64,000 nucleotides of DNA from Paragordius varius. Taxonomy: Eukaryota; Animalia; Nematomorpha. Under the pieces are notes generated by a model, which saw only the letters and a program-made list of their open reading frames with translations, was not told the DNA's origin and made no database searches. Location of the stretch: contig OZ176050.1 of NCBI GenBank assembly GCA_964247055.1, positions 10,416,001 through 10,480,000 on the forward strand, given 5' to 3'. Made by a program: the position numbers and the translations under genes. This document shows, piece by piece, positions 40,961-52,453 of the stretch. Position 1 is the first letter of the stretch, and every line of letters starts with the position of its first letter.

Positions 40961-41681
40961 GTCGGGACACATTTCTAGCTGGCTTTGTGCTTCCTCATTC
41001 GCATATTTACGAAAGGAGGATATTGACGCCTACAAATTAAACTCAATAATGGCCTTTTAATCTGCTTTTAAATGATATCTAAAAAATCTAAATCGCAATG
41101 GTAGCAATACTTTTTATAATATAAGTATTAAAATAATTTTAAAACAATTTAGCTATGCTCGCAACATAATCCGTTTCAAAGATTAAAATTGATCTGGCCG
41201 ATGAGTAAACATATCTCTTCTCTATAAATATGCTTAAGTATTTGGACTTATTTAGTTTTTTTAAAACACATTTTGGTTTCAAAAAACTTTGCTTGCCATT
41301 TTGTTAGTATACAATTTACTTTGACCATTTTCTCGGCAAAATACCAGGTTTGGAGGAAAACAACATAATGCGACGATAACTCAAATCGCTCGTTATTTAA
41401 CATAAAAAAATAATCCCAATATTTAGACAGCTTCAATTTCATCTTTAATATCTTGAAACTTTGATTTTCAGCGTCTTAACGGAAAATGATTGCTAGCATT
41501 TAATTTATTGTAAATTTATTACATTTATAAACTTGATACAATCCATTATAAATGTCATCACAAATCATACATAAATAATATTTTAATAGTTTGTAAACTA
41601 TGGACCAGAATATTTAGTCTTGAATAATAAGCTTTCGATTTTCAAACTATGTTGTTCGTAGGTTATAAAAATTGTAATACG

Positions 41682-43919
41682 TCATACTAAATTCTCATTA
41701 ATATTATCCTTAATGTCATTTAGCATGTTTGATGATGCACTTTTATAAGTTTCTTTGATATCTTCTGTACTCTGGTATCGTACGATAATTGGACTATTTG
41801 TCAAACTACTGCACTGTGTACTACAATCAGATGAAGTATAATAACCGGTCATTATATCATCAAAACCTGACTCCCTGGATGAACTACCTAATTTTCTGGA
41901 TTTACTAGCTGCTGTCAACCAACTTTCAATAAGTCTACTTTGATTCGATGACAAGGTTGGGACGGATTGGCTTCGTTTTCTGCGTAAATTATCGTTTTTT
42001 CGTAAGGCATAATGACACGATAATAGGTCAAAGTTGTAAGTTAAATCATTGAAAAAGTATGGATGCTGATGGGAATAATTTTTAATATGATTGTTGAGGC
42101 GTAAAGGATTCCGATTGCAAAGGTCAAGTGATGGAATGAAGGATTTTACGATTAATCTTTCCTTCTCTGTCGAATCATATTTTACATCAAACATTGATTT
42201 TAAAGAGAATGTTTCTGCTGCTGAATGCAAGCAGGTTTGTTGTTCAAAAGGGACGATAAGGGATTCATGTGATTTACATTTTTTCATCATTTGACAAGAT
42301 AATTTGACGTATTTGTTATCTTTTTTATGTTTCATATTACAATTATTTTTACAGTAACTTTCATTATTTAATGATATAATCTTTTCTTTACTTTGGTTCG
42401 GATTTAGTGTAGTTTTATTGCTATTTGTTTCACGTTGTTTTGTATAATTTTCCGGAGATGATAAATTATTTTGACTTATATTGTTATTTGACTCCATATC
42501 TTCTTCACTTTCTTCATCGATGGAGAAACTTGTGTGAAATGAATATTTTTTGTTAACTAACGATTTATTGGCCGAATGTTTCCTAAAATTTGAGGTGGTA
42601 ATCAAATGTTGAGCTGAAAGATTTTTTGTGCGGCTTGTGCTTCCTTCTTTATTTTGGATTTCAATGGATTTATCAGTTAGGTTTTTGCATACATAATTTT
42701 GTGCGAGGGATGTCAGATTGTCACTTACACTGTGTGTTAACTTATTTTTCCTTCCAAAGTTTGAACCATCTAACTTTATTGCGTTTTGTTGTTGGACAAT
42801 ACATAGAGAAGAGTCGAAAGAGATGGGTAAAGAGTTTTGTTCACGCACTATTCGCATATGTTGTTGCCGCAGTCGACGAGTTTTGTAATCGTTAACAGCT
42901 TTTGACACCAAATGCGAAATTCGACGCTTTAAGTGTTGCATTGTTTCGTTTAACACCGTGATATCAGAGTCATCAAAACCATCCATAGTTTTATGCGTAG
43001 ACGTATGTGAGTGTGTCGATGTAACGGAGCTTGATCTAACTAAAGAATTTTGATGCTTAGTTTTTGATCTTTTGGGGTTGAGTTTTTCATTATAAACAGA
43101 CGTTGATTGTGTTGTGGTGTTGTGGATGTCGGAGGAATCTTGTTTCCAATAAAGTAAATTAATTTCGTCATTACAACGGTAAGGTATAGTTTGGGAGCGA
43201 TGAAGTGTTTTATAGAGAAGGGGGATTAAATTAAAACCCGGTAGGGGTGAAAAGAATTCTGTTAATTTTTGTCCCTTACATCTATCATCTAAACCTGTTT
43301 CCTTTAATAAAATGGCATGACATCGGCATTCATGTATTAACTTTTTGGAAGATCCTTCGTGTTTGTATATCCAAGCCAAAACTCCTGGATATTCTTCCGA
43401 AACTGTAACATGTAGAATTTTTCGGGCCATATAGTTGAAAATTTTACGCCGTTTATTTTCTCCTTGTTGACATATTGAATCTTTCAAATTTTTAAACATA
43501 TTATTGGCTTTGGTTTCGTGATTATACCTAAGTTCAATACCGTGATTAGTTAAACCCAAGTAAATATTTGGATAGGTGTCCGAATTATTGATTAATCCAC
43601 CCTTCCTCATACTTGGAATATTATTATTTTTAGTATTGTTGATATTATTATTGTTGTTTGGGTGCATCCCTTTAGAATATCCAAGCAAATCCTTAATGTG
43701 CGCACTCTCCAAAATTTCTTGGGCCCGAACATAATTTTGATAGCGATTCCATAGAGCTGATATTGCTTGATCTGTGCACCCTTCACCCTTGACTACCATA
43801 CATAAACAGTTCCCAAGATATGTACAAGGGAAATAAGCACCAATCGGGTCCAAATGTAACGTTTTTGAAGTTTTCATGATGTGGGCTGTAAGATTTTGTC
43901 GTGTTACTAAAATACGCAT
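41682..43919 (-). CDS. FAM43-like PTB/PID-domain protein, intronless ORF, 745 aa with a long Ser/Asn-rich disordered C-terminus
   Basis: YLGNCLCMVVKGEGCTDQAISALW, LGLTNHGIEL and LAWIYKH...CRCHAILL correspond to the FAM43B-type PID domain (YLGN...KGDGCTDDAV..IW; FAWVYRH...LRCHAVLL). An additional upstream exon cannot be excluded. Confidence 0.85.
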   Translation of the reverse strand: MRILVTRQNLTAHIMKTSKTLHLDPIGAYFPCTYLGNCLCMVVKGEGCTDQAISALWNRYQNYVRAQEILESAHIKDLLGYSKGMHPNNNNNINNTKNNNIPSMRKGGLINNSDTYPNIYLGLTNHGIELRYNHETKANNMFKNLKDSICQQGENKRRKIFNYMARKILHVTVSEEYPGVLAWIYKHEGSSKKLIHECRCHAILLKETGLDDRCKGQKLTEFFSPLPGFNLIPLLYKTLHRSQTIPYRCNDEINLLYWKQDSSDIHNTTTQSTSVYNEKLNPKRSKTKHQNSLVRSSSVTSTHSHTSTHKTMDGFDDSDITVLNETMQHLKRRISHLVSKAVNDYKTRRLRQQHMRIVREQNSLPISFDSSLCIVQQQNAIKLDGSNFGRKNKLTHSVSDNLTSLAQNYVCKNLTDKSIEIQNKEGSTSRTKNLSAQHLITTSNFRKHSANKSLVNKKYSFHTSFSIDEESEEDMESNNNISQNNLSSPENYTKQRETNSNKTTLNPNQSKEKIISLNNESYCKNNCNMKHKKDNKYVKLSCQMMKKCKSHESLIVPFEQQTCLHSAAETFSLKSMFDVKYDSTEKERLIVKSFIPSLDLCNRNPLRLNNHIKNYSHQHPYFFNDLTYNFDLLSCHYALRKNDNLRRKRSQSVPTLSSNQSRLIESWLTAASKSRKLGSSSRESGFDDIMTGYYTSSDCSTQCSSLTNSPIIVRYQSTEDIKETYKSASSNMLNDIKDNINENLV

Positions 43920-46900
43920 ATTAAAAATGATTTTTAAAACGGATTTTACTTATTATTACATTTAAATAATTAGATCAGATATAAAATTCATACTTTGTTT
44001 CAAAATAAGAATATATGACAAGTATCCAACGAGATTTTAGGAATTTGTCAATGAATATGTCATAAAATAAAGAAGGAGAAATTAAATTTAATGTAATGTG
44101 TGCCTTTGAGTAAATTATCTTTATATTTCTTTTTACCTTTTGGCAATGGTGTGGAGAAAACAACAATTACGATATTATGTAATACATTATATGATACAAA
44201 AGGTTTAAAGAGCCTTCAGTTAAAATTGTTTTAAATACATATATATTTTAAAAATTATGACATATAATCAATGTACTCTATAACTAAAAAAAGTAAAAAA
44301 AAGTACTCAGTGCTGTTGACAGGTAAAGAAGGCATATAAAAATATATTTTTTCACATGAAAAGTCAAAAGGAAAATACTTTTCCAGGTTACGCAAAATTA
44401 TAAATTGTTACTACAGTAAGTGCAATATTAATAATCTTTACAATGCACCTATAATTATCATATATATATTTTTTAACACTAAAATTAATTTTGTGGAAAA
44501 AAACGTTATCTGTGATTCGATAGAAAATTATAAAATTCATATTCATCATTAATTTTATAAAATATATTTATATAAAGAAATTCAGTATGGTGTGAAATAT
44601 TAATGAGTTATTATTGCCTGTATTAATTATATTACATTACAATATTTAACAGTGAACTCCTGGAATAATCTTCTTTCGTAAATTAGTGTTAATATATACA
44701 CCTTTTTTACAATTATTTTAGTTACAATCATATGACATTTTAATAACATTAAAATATATGAAATTTATATGTATAACTTTTCAAACAATTATGGGCCCGC
44801 CCATGCTTAGTATTTTTACGTTAAAAAAATCGCACAATATAATCAATGAATGTAATATATCTGTAAAATTTGATATTTAAACACATTTTTTATATAATTT
44901 TTATTACCTATTTTATGATTATGATTAATAAAATTGATCGATTAGTTTTATATATATACATATGAGTCAGACAAATGAATAATAATCTGTTATATTGATG
45001 ATAATTTTGGTATTTTTTTCAATATTGGGTCTTATGACATAGAAAGTAGTTAATTTCAAAATAATACATTAGGCATTCTGGCTTATTCACATTATTGTTG
45101 GTCGATTTGCAAACAGTAGTGTATGGAAAAAACAAAATGTTGTGTTTAAACAATTTTTTTCCTTATTATATCAAAAATTTGTTTATAACTATGCTACTTT
45201 TTTACATATTTACGAACGATAATGCGAATAAACCAGCAATGTCCATACTGTAATGATATTTAAACAATAAAAGGCGACTGAGTTAATAATAGAGTTCTTT
45301 GTTTTATAAATATTTTTAAACATTTTTTTTAGAAGGGGTCCGTATTAATTACCATTAACAAACCACGATTTTTATAGGGTCTGAAAACTAAAAGGTCATT
45401 CATTATTTTATCAGATAAATTAAAAATATACAATAAGTACGTCAAAAAAATATGATTGCCTATCTTATGCTTTAAAAAGATTCTATTGAACAAAGAGATT
45501 AGATCCTTTTGAACTATTTGGCTTTAAAATATTATACTTGCAAGTTTTCCGTTAATTTTATTATATTAAATTAATTAACTAATGGGGACAATTACCTTTA
45601 AACAGAGAATATTTTTAAATAATCAATGATTAAATTAGTATAAATTTAGGGGTTAACTTATATTTATGATGGGAAATGTAGAATTCGGTGTCAGGGATTA
45701 TAAAGTAACATATAATAAAATTCGGATTCAATGTGTCACAAGAAATACTTTTATAGCGCATACACGTGCCAAAAGAGTTAAATATTTTGAATATGTAAAA
45801 ACACAAAAACTAATTGTTTGTGAAAAGAAAACAAAATTTTCGGCAACGAGTTTGTGTTTTAAAATAATTATTGTTGTCAAAAATTAGTATACTGTTTTAA
45901 GACTATAATGCAAATAAAGTTGTAAATTTAAAAGGATGAATTTTATAGTTTTGTTATTAAACCATAAATGCTTCTTTGCCTTGTGATACATATATTATTT
46001 ACATAAATGAAAAATAAAAATGCCTTAAATTCTTTCAACCTTTGTCTAATTCCATATATTGACTTGCTGAGATAAAGAACACATAAGATAAGGAACAGGG
46101 AGGCGAATTATATACCTATTTTCTACCTATTAATCAATGATAAAAATTAAAAGATTATCAATAAATTAAATTAAAAATACTTACACACACACACACACAC
46201 ACACCTATGAAATAAATAGCTCAATTTTTGCGTAAAATTCGTAAATATACTTAAAAAAATCTTCTGTTGATTAGGCGGTGGTATGTGATGATTAATTTAA
46301 CTTAAATTCAATTATCGTCCAATTTATCAGTGAAATTCTTTGTTAGTTAGAGTATCAGAATGAAAAACAAGTGCCAAAAAAATTAAATCACAGATTAATG
46401 GTTAAAAGATGTCTACATTTAATTGGATTAATAAAAATACACACTTGTGAAGCACTTTTGTAGACATTTTATAAGATATTCAAAAATGGAATACACAATA
46501 AACAAACCTTACAGAAAAAATCGGTAACACCTTTCAAATTTTAATTAACACTCGTTTTAAGTCTTTATGCTGAATCGTATTATTTTGAAATGGTGACAAC
46601 TCAAAAATAGAAAAGCAGCATTGTACATACTAAAAATGTCAATAAATTCGTTCGTTTATCTAAATAAAATTCCTAATTTTACTATATGTTACGGAGTACC
46701 GTACATCCAAAGCATAATAATATTTTTTATTTAAGGTATTAAAACATTTAGTATGTTTTTTGTGAGCATAAAAAAAATAAACTCTAAAATTATTAAACAA
46801 GATCAATGAAAGGATAATGTTATTGTATAACAAATACCATAGTAAACTAAAATAGCTTTCAGGGAAATTAACATATTTTTATAAACATGTAATAATTCTC

Positions 46901-47485
46901 AATTTATTACAATCTCTAAGGCAAAATATATTTACTTATATGCTCAAAGGGAATATTTTTAATATATTGTTACCAAAGAACATTTTCGTACATTTTTTTT
47001 GATAGAGAAGGTATGACATTTTTAACAAATAATCCAACCAGTTATAAACTTAACAATTTTGATGTTCTATCTAATTCACATAAACCAACATTGATTAGTT
47101 TTATCCAAGAAGTGGTAACACCAGGATGAAATTTTTATTATTAAAATGGATTGGTATATGCAGTTTTAGAACAATGGACCCATTTTTTTGTTTAAAACCG
47201 CAATAATTTTAAAAATTATAAAATTTGGAAATTATTGCGTCATGATTACATAAAATGAGTTATTATTCATTTTTAAACCATAATAAATAATAAATTTTTA
47301 AGTATGTTCTGTTATTTAACCCAATAGAACAATTTCATATAATTTTGAGGGCTTTTGCGCTCTTCAAATGTAGCTTTTCATTTTAGGTTTAGTATAAATA
47401 AAGTATTTTTACTTTATATTTAAATTTTAGTTTATATTTTAATTTTATTTCTACGTTTGACAAAGATTACTTGTAGTAATCGAAA

Positions 47486-48008
47486 TCTATATATTTATAA
47501 AAATGGAAAATGCTGGCTTTGTGATCTGGTACAGGAAAACCGGTAGACCCATTCAAATCCAAACTTCGAAAAAATATAATCATTAATGAATACCCCGACA
47601 ATAGCTTCGCCCTTTTTTTGAAATAGGCTCCCAGTTCGGGCCCACCCCGTGTGAAAAACGGGTTAAGTATATTTTTTGGAGAACTTGGACCATTCAATTT
47701 CAAATATGATTTTTGTTTACTTATTTTTGATCGCGCTGAACATAGTCGACTCACTTTTTTGATTTAGGCCCTCTTTTACCCGCTTCCCCTGTAAAATGCC
47801 ATTTTTTCAAAAAACAAAGTCCACAAAAATAATTTTTTAAATCTATTTTTCCCGTTTTAAGATTCCTATGATATCATAGCTATTAAATAATGTTTCGAAA
47901 TAATCCACATATGTAGATCAATTTATTGTCCCTTTCAAATAAACCCCCCCCCCCTCAGAAGTCCGAAGGACTTCCTCGGGCTGCGTAGCAGCACGAGATT
48001 TACTCTAG
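47486..48008 (+). mobile_element. Non-autonomous Helitron, copy 2
   Basis: A|TCTATATATTTATA ... hairpins ... CTAG|T; inverted homolog of 23079-23651. Confidence 0.85.
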
Positions 48009-49066
48009 TATTATAATAAATTTATATAATTTTTGCTGAATTATTCCATATATAATAAAACAAATTAAAGTCCCATTTTTTTCTCTTCTAAAATAGGCTA
48101 ATTCTATAAAGCAAAAATTCCGAGATTTCGCGATAAAAAACCTATATATATTTATTTAAATTTTATTAACTATAAATATTTTTGGAAAAGCACAACTTTT
48201 TTCTAAAACTTAATTTAAATCGAAATGTTCGTACTTTAAATTATTTTGAGCAGAATGGAAACGGTATAAAAACACTTTAAGATATTTTAAAAACAATTTT
48301 ATAATTTAATAATGCTATTTCTACCACTTCAGAATTTCGCTTAAAATATTCTCGTTCAAATTTGGGTTAAATATTATTTGTGTGTTTGAACAAAAATTTG
48401 AAAACAAAAAAACCTTTAAATTAGCTGAAGCAAAAAATATTTAGCATCATCGAATTATACTCGAAATATGAAGTACGCTTCAACAAAATTTTGCCTTCAA
48501 GTTTTTAGAAAAACTATGAAACTAATATCGAATTTTAACATATTTCTATCGGGCACTCTGATGTTCGCTATTTTAAGAGAAGTAGCTCATTTAAAAGAAC
48601 AAAATAGTTAATATTTCCGGAGCGTACAACGAATTAATTTTATATTTTCCTTTTTATATGTATTATATAAATTTTAGTGATATTTTAAGAAATGAAGCAT
48701 TTGGTTTACACTAAAAATTTTGTTTAAGACTTTATAACCTTTTCGGGTCGTTTTATATCCCTAAGCGGTTTAAATGTGAATATCTTAGAAAGTATATAAG
48801 GTAATAATCCGAAATAAAAAATTCTTTAGCCTTTTAGGCGCATTATACAAATACATATTTTATAAAATGCAAAAAACACTCATCTCAAACTTTTTTGCCA
48901 CCATTTTTTTCTAATTATTTTTAAATCGCTAATGCATCAGGCAAATAAGTATGTTATGGTTAGAAAATGTAAATAATTAATTCTAAAAAGCTTTCAGGAG
49001 CCATTTTACCAGCAAAAACTTGATAATTTTGAATATCTGGAGCTGTCCTAATTTAAAACTCTAGAA

Positions 49067-51480
49067 CAGTAGTACTCACCAAAAAATTTTGACGGGCCAA
49101 ATAAAATATTTTTTTCGAGGGCCATGAACCTTATAATGGTAAATATTCCATAGCTTTTTGACACATACGCACATATTCACACTCTAAATCACTACAATGA
49201 ATTTTTTGCGGATCGCATGTAAATCCAGCTAAAAATTCGTTTTGCACCATTTAGTATAAAATATTTTGATAACCATTTATTTTGATATTAACCAATATTT
49301 TTCGACAAATTTGGTTTCGTCTCATGACAGGCCAATCTTAATACGTCGTCCATATTATCATCGGTTAATCGATTTCTGCATGTATTCTTGACATTCATTT
49401 TTGAATATGCCGTCTCACGCTCTAAGGGAAATTAGGATAACTTGATTTTTTCATATTTATTTGGCACATCTTGCCAAAACCCTACATACATATCTTTCTT
49501 CTCTACGATTCTCACTGAAAATAGCCTCCAAATTGGATTTATTATTAAAATCTACGAATTCTTCAATGATATGCGCCTGACCGAAACTGAAATTCTCAAT
49601 TTGCTTAATATTGGATATATCCATATGCCATGGATTTTTAACGGGTTTTAAGCAATTTTTGATATATCTAATTCTTTAAATCTTTTTATCTTATTAGATA
49701 AAAATGCTAAATGATTGTCTATTATTAAATTGATCCCCGCTGTAAATTCCATATTTTCTTCATGAATCGTTTTAAGTGTTGGAAAGTTTATATCTTATTT
49801 TTTCCTTCAAAAGCAAATGTTTGATTAGCAAATTTGGTTATTATTTTGCTCCAGGAATTGCATTTAAAAAACTAAGTTTATAAGTAATGTCGCAAAGGTA
49901 GGCTAATAACACCCACCATTTGTCACTATTGATTTCCTTGTCAAACCTTCTGTTATCTTTCATAAATAATAATATTTATGTCTTAGAACAAAAAATCTAT
50001 TTAATACTATGCTAAGGCTTAGCCATCTCACAGCGGTGGACAAAAGAATATTGTCAAACTCACTGTCGTTTAAGAAGGTCTTTGAATTTACGGCGGTTGA
50101 ACTGCCACGGATGTGGTTAGCTATATCGACAAGCGTTTAAATCACTGAATTGAGTGATTCATCTTTTACACGCGAAATCAAGTTTTGCTGATGAATAAAG
50201 CAGCGAAAGGATAAAATATTTTGCAAATTATATTTGTTTTCAAAAGAGGAATAAAAAACTTTTGTATTCCAAACATAGAGAGACAGCCATCTGTCGAAAC
50301 CAATTTTTTCATAGATATTCCATTATTATCGAAAAAAGTGATGATTATTTCGAGAAAACCACTTCCTTTTGTGGTTATATTCATTGGTAAAAATTTTGAA
50401 TATTACTCGTTGATTATATGTTGTCGTTGCGACTCACGAAGAGCGCACATTGAGGTGTTTAACTAATATCAGTGCTAGAATCAATAGCAATACTAATATA
50501 TTTGCAGTTTTTCAGAGCCAAAAATGTATTGTTAAAAATATATTTAGACATATCTTCGATGCTTCGAGCACATGTTGGAAATTGAAGTTTTTAATTGTCT
50601 CATGATTTGATCTTTATTATGGAATTTATCAAATAAAAAGTGCAACCATTTATTAGACATTCTTTTATTAGTTGGGAATCAGTAAACGGTGTCATATATT
50701 TTCCTAAAATATAGCAAATTTTATGAAGCTAATGTTAAGGCTTTTTCCTGGGCGAAATGGACATAATAGATTTTACTTTCTGGTATAATTCCTTAATCTT
50801 TATATACTTTTCGTTTCTTTGCTCATAATTTTTTTGTAATTTATGAGTGTGATGGATTGTAATGTGTTTCAGTATTGTTTTTTTATAATTAAGCTGTCCT
50901 TACATATAATTCAGGTAACAACATTTTAATTTAAAACGACAAAGATTTTTTCATAGGAGTGATTTTATCGGATGACTTATGTTTTTTAGATTAGATGTCA
51001 TCCTTTGAATTATGTTTAAATATTATGTAAATTTTTTCAAAAAATGGGAATATAAATTGAATAATGCCATAAAAACAGGTCAAAATTTAATGATGTTGAT
51101 TTTAAAAATATTTTTAAAAGTTATAAATAATGATGCAGGATAGCAATATAAGAATATGTATATGCAGGTTTAAATTAGGCTTGCTTAAATACAAAAAGGA
51201 ATGCAATGAGAATTAAATAGAATACAGAAACAGAAACAACGTGTGCCAAAATGTGATCATTTTAATGCAGGGAAATTTTTCTACATTTTAAATTCAGTTA
51301 AAAATAAAAATTACCACAATCAAATCTAAAAAAAATAAATTATTATTAAAATAAGCGATAATTCGTTTATGTGTATTTTTAAAATTCATCAATGAAAAAA
51401 TAATTAAGTATCAACATGGTCATAAGGCAATTTTAAAGCACTCTTAGGGCCTCATGCAGCCCGCGGTTTGAGTATCACTG
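49067..51480 (-). mobile_element. Decayed hAT (Charlie/SPIN-like) transposon, copy 2, 2414 bp
   Basis: CAGTAGTACTC ... GAGTATCACTG ends; 8-bp duplication CTCTAGAA / CTCTAAAA. Transposase remnants KKLVSTDGCLSMFG and IANHIRGSS...FDNILLSTAVRWLS resemble GTF2IRD2/ZBED5-type hAT transposases; many stops and frameshifts. Confidence 0.88.
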
Positions 51481-52126
51481 CTCTAAAAGTCACAAAATTT
51501 TAAAAAAGTTTTGTTGATAAGAGCAATGTTTAATAATTTTAAAATTTAATAACATTATTTATTAAAAAAATTGAGCTCTGGGGTATAAAATTACCATATC
51601 ATGTCAACTAGCCGAAAAAAGTTAAAGGTTTAAAAAATGTGGGGATATTTTGCTATTTCTGATATGGACCACTTATTGCAAAAAGTAAAATTTCCCAATC
51701 ACTCGTTATGGCCAAAGCAAAAGAATCATGATAATACTCTGTTTTTGTATCAGAATATAAATTTAAAAATATTTTATTTATGGACTGTGCATCTGTCGTA
51801 TTTTAGATCCTCATTTTTGCCGCACACTGTTAAAATACCAATGTACATTTTGAAAAATAGATTTATAATATATAAACAATAGCTCAGGCTTCTCATAAAA
51901 TTTAGGCGCGTTTCAACTCTATTCTGACAATCAATCTCAAGCTGATTGAATATATATTACTTTTGATCATGTTTTTTTTATATGAACCATTACCTATTTA
52001 ATATTAATCTTTTAACCCAATAAAAATATATCAATAACAATAATAAACAAAAGTAAAATTATAATAATATCATATTTGATATTAAATTTATATTTTGGTT
52101 AATTTGTTACACCCGCCTTGTTTGAA

Positions 52127-52405
52127 ATGTCATCTTGCATTTCATACTCGGATAAATATAAAGATGAACAATATGAATACAGGTTTATAATAACATAATT
52201 TAAGACATGTTTTTTTACCAAAAGAATTAGCTGATTTAGTACCCAAGGATAGATTAATGTCTGAAACCGAATGGAGAAGGTTAGGGGTACAACAAAGCTT
52301 AGGTTGGATTCATTATATGGTACACAAACCAGGTAAATTTTAAAATATATTTTAGAACCGCATGTCCTGCTTTTTAGAAGAAAACTAAATTCAGATTCAA
52401 ATTAA
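52127..52405 (+). CDS. CKS1: Cyclin-dependent kinase regulatory subunit Cks1/Cks2, 77 aa, 3 exons
   Basis: Exons 52127-52182, 52205-52332, 52356-52405; introns 22 and 23 nt. Protein [19 protein letters not shown]|[43 protein letters not shown]|[15 protein letters not shown]. Confidence 0.96.
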
Positions 52406-52453
52406 TTAGTCAAACAACAAATTTTTTAATATATTAAATAAATATTGTTATTT

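Noticed and set aside
45666-45887. 73-aa ORF MMGNVEFGVRDY...
   Set aside because: No recognisable motif or splice context; it contains a TTAA-flanked piggyBac-like end and is probably TE debris.
23401-47754. ORFs 23401-23655 (+) and 47467-47754 (-) sharing FTRGGPELGAYFKKRAKLLS
   Set aside because: The similarity comes from the two Helitron copies. The frames diverge outside the shared stretch and show no RepHel motifs.
51900-52126. E2F-like GGCGCG and CHR-like TTTGAA motifs upstream of CKS1
   Set aside because: Plausible for a cell-cycle gene, but the motifs are short, TTTGAA is common in AT-rich DNA, and the transcription start is unknown.
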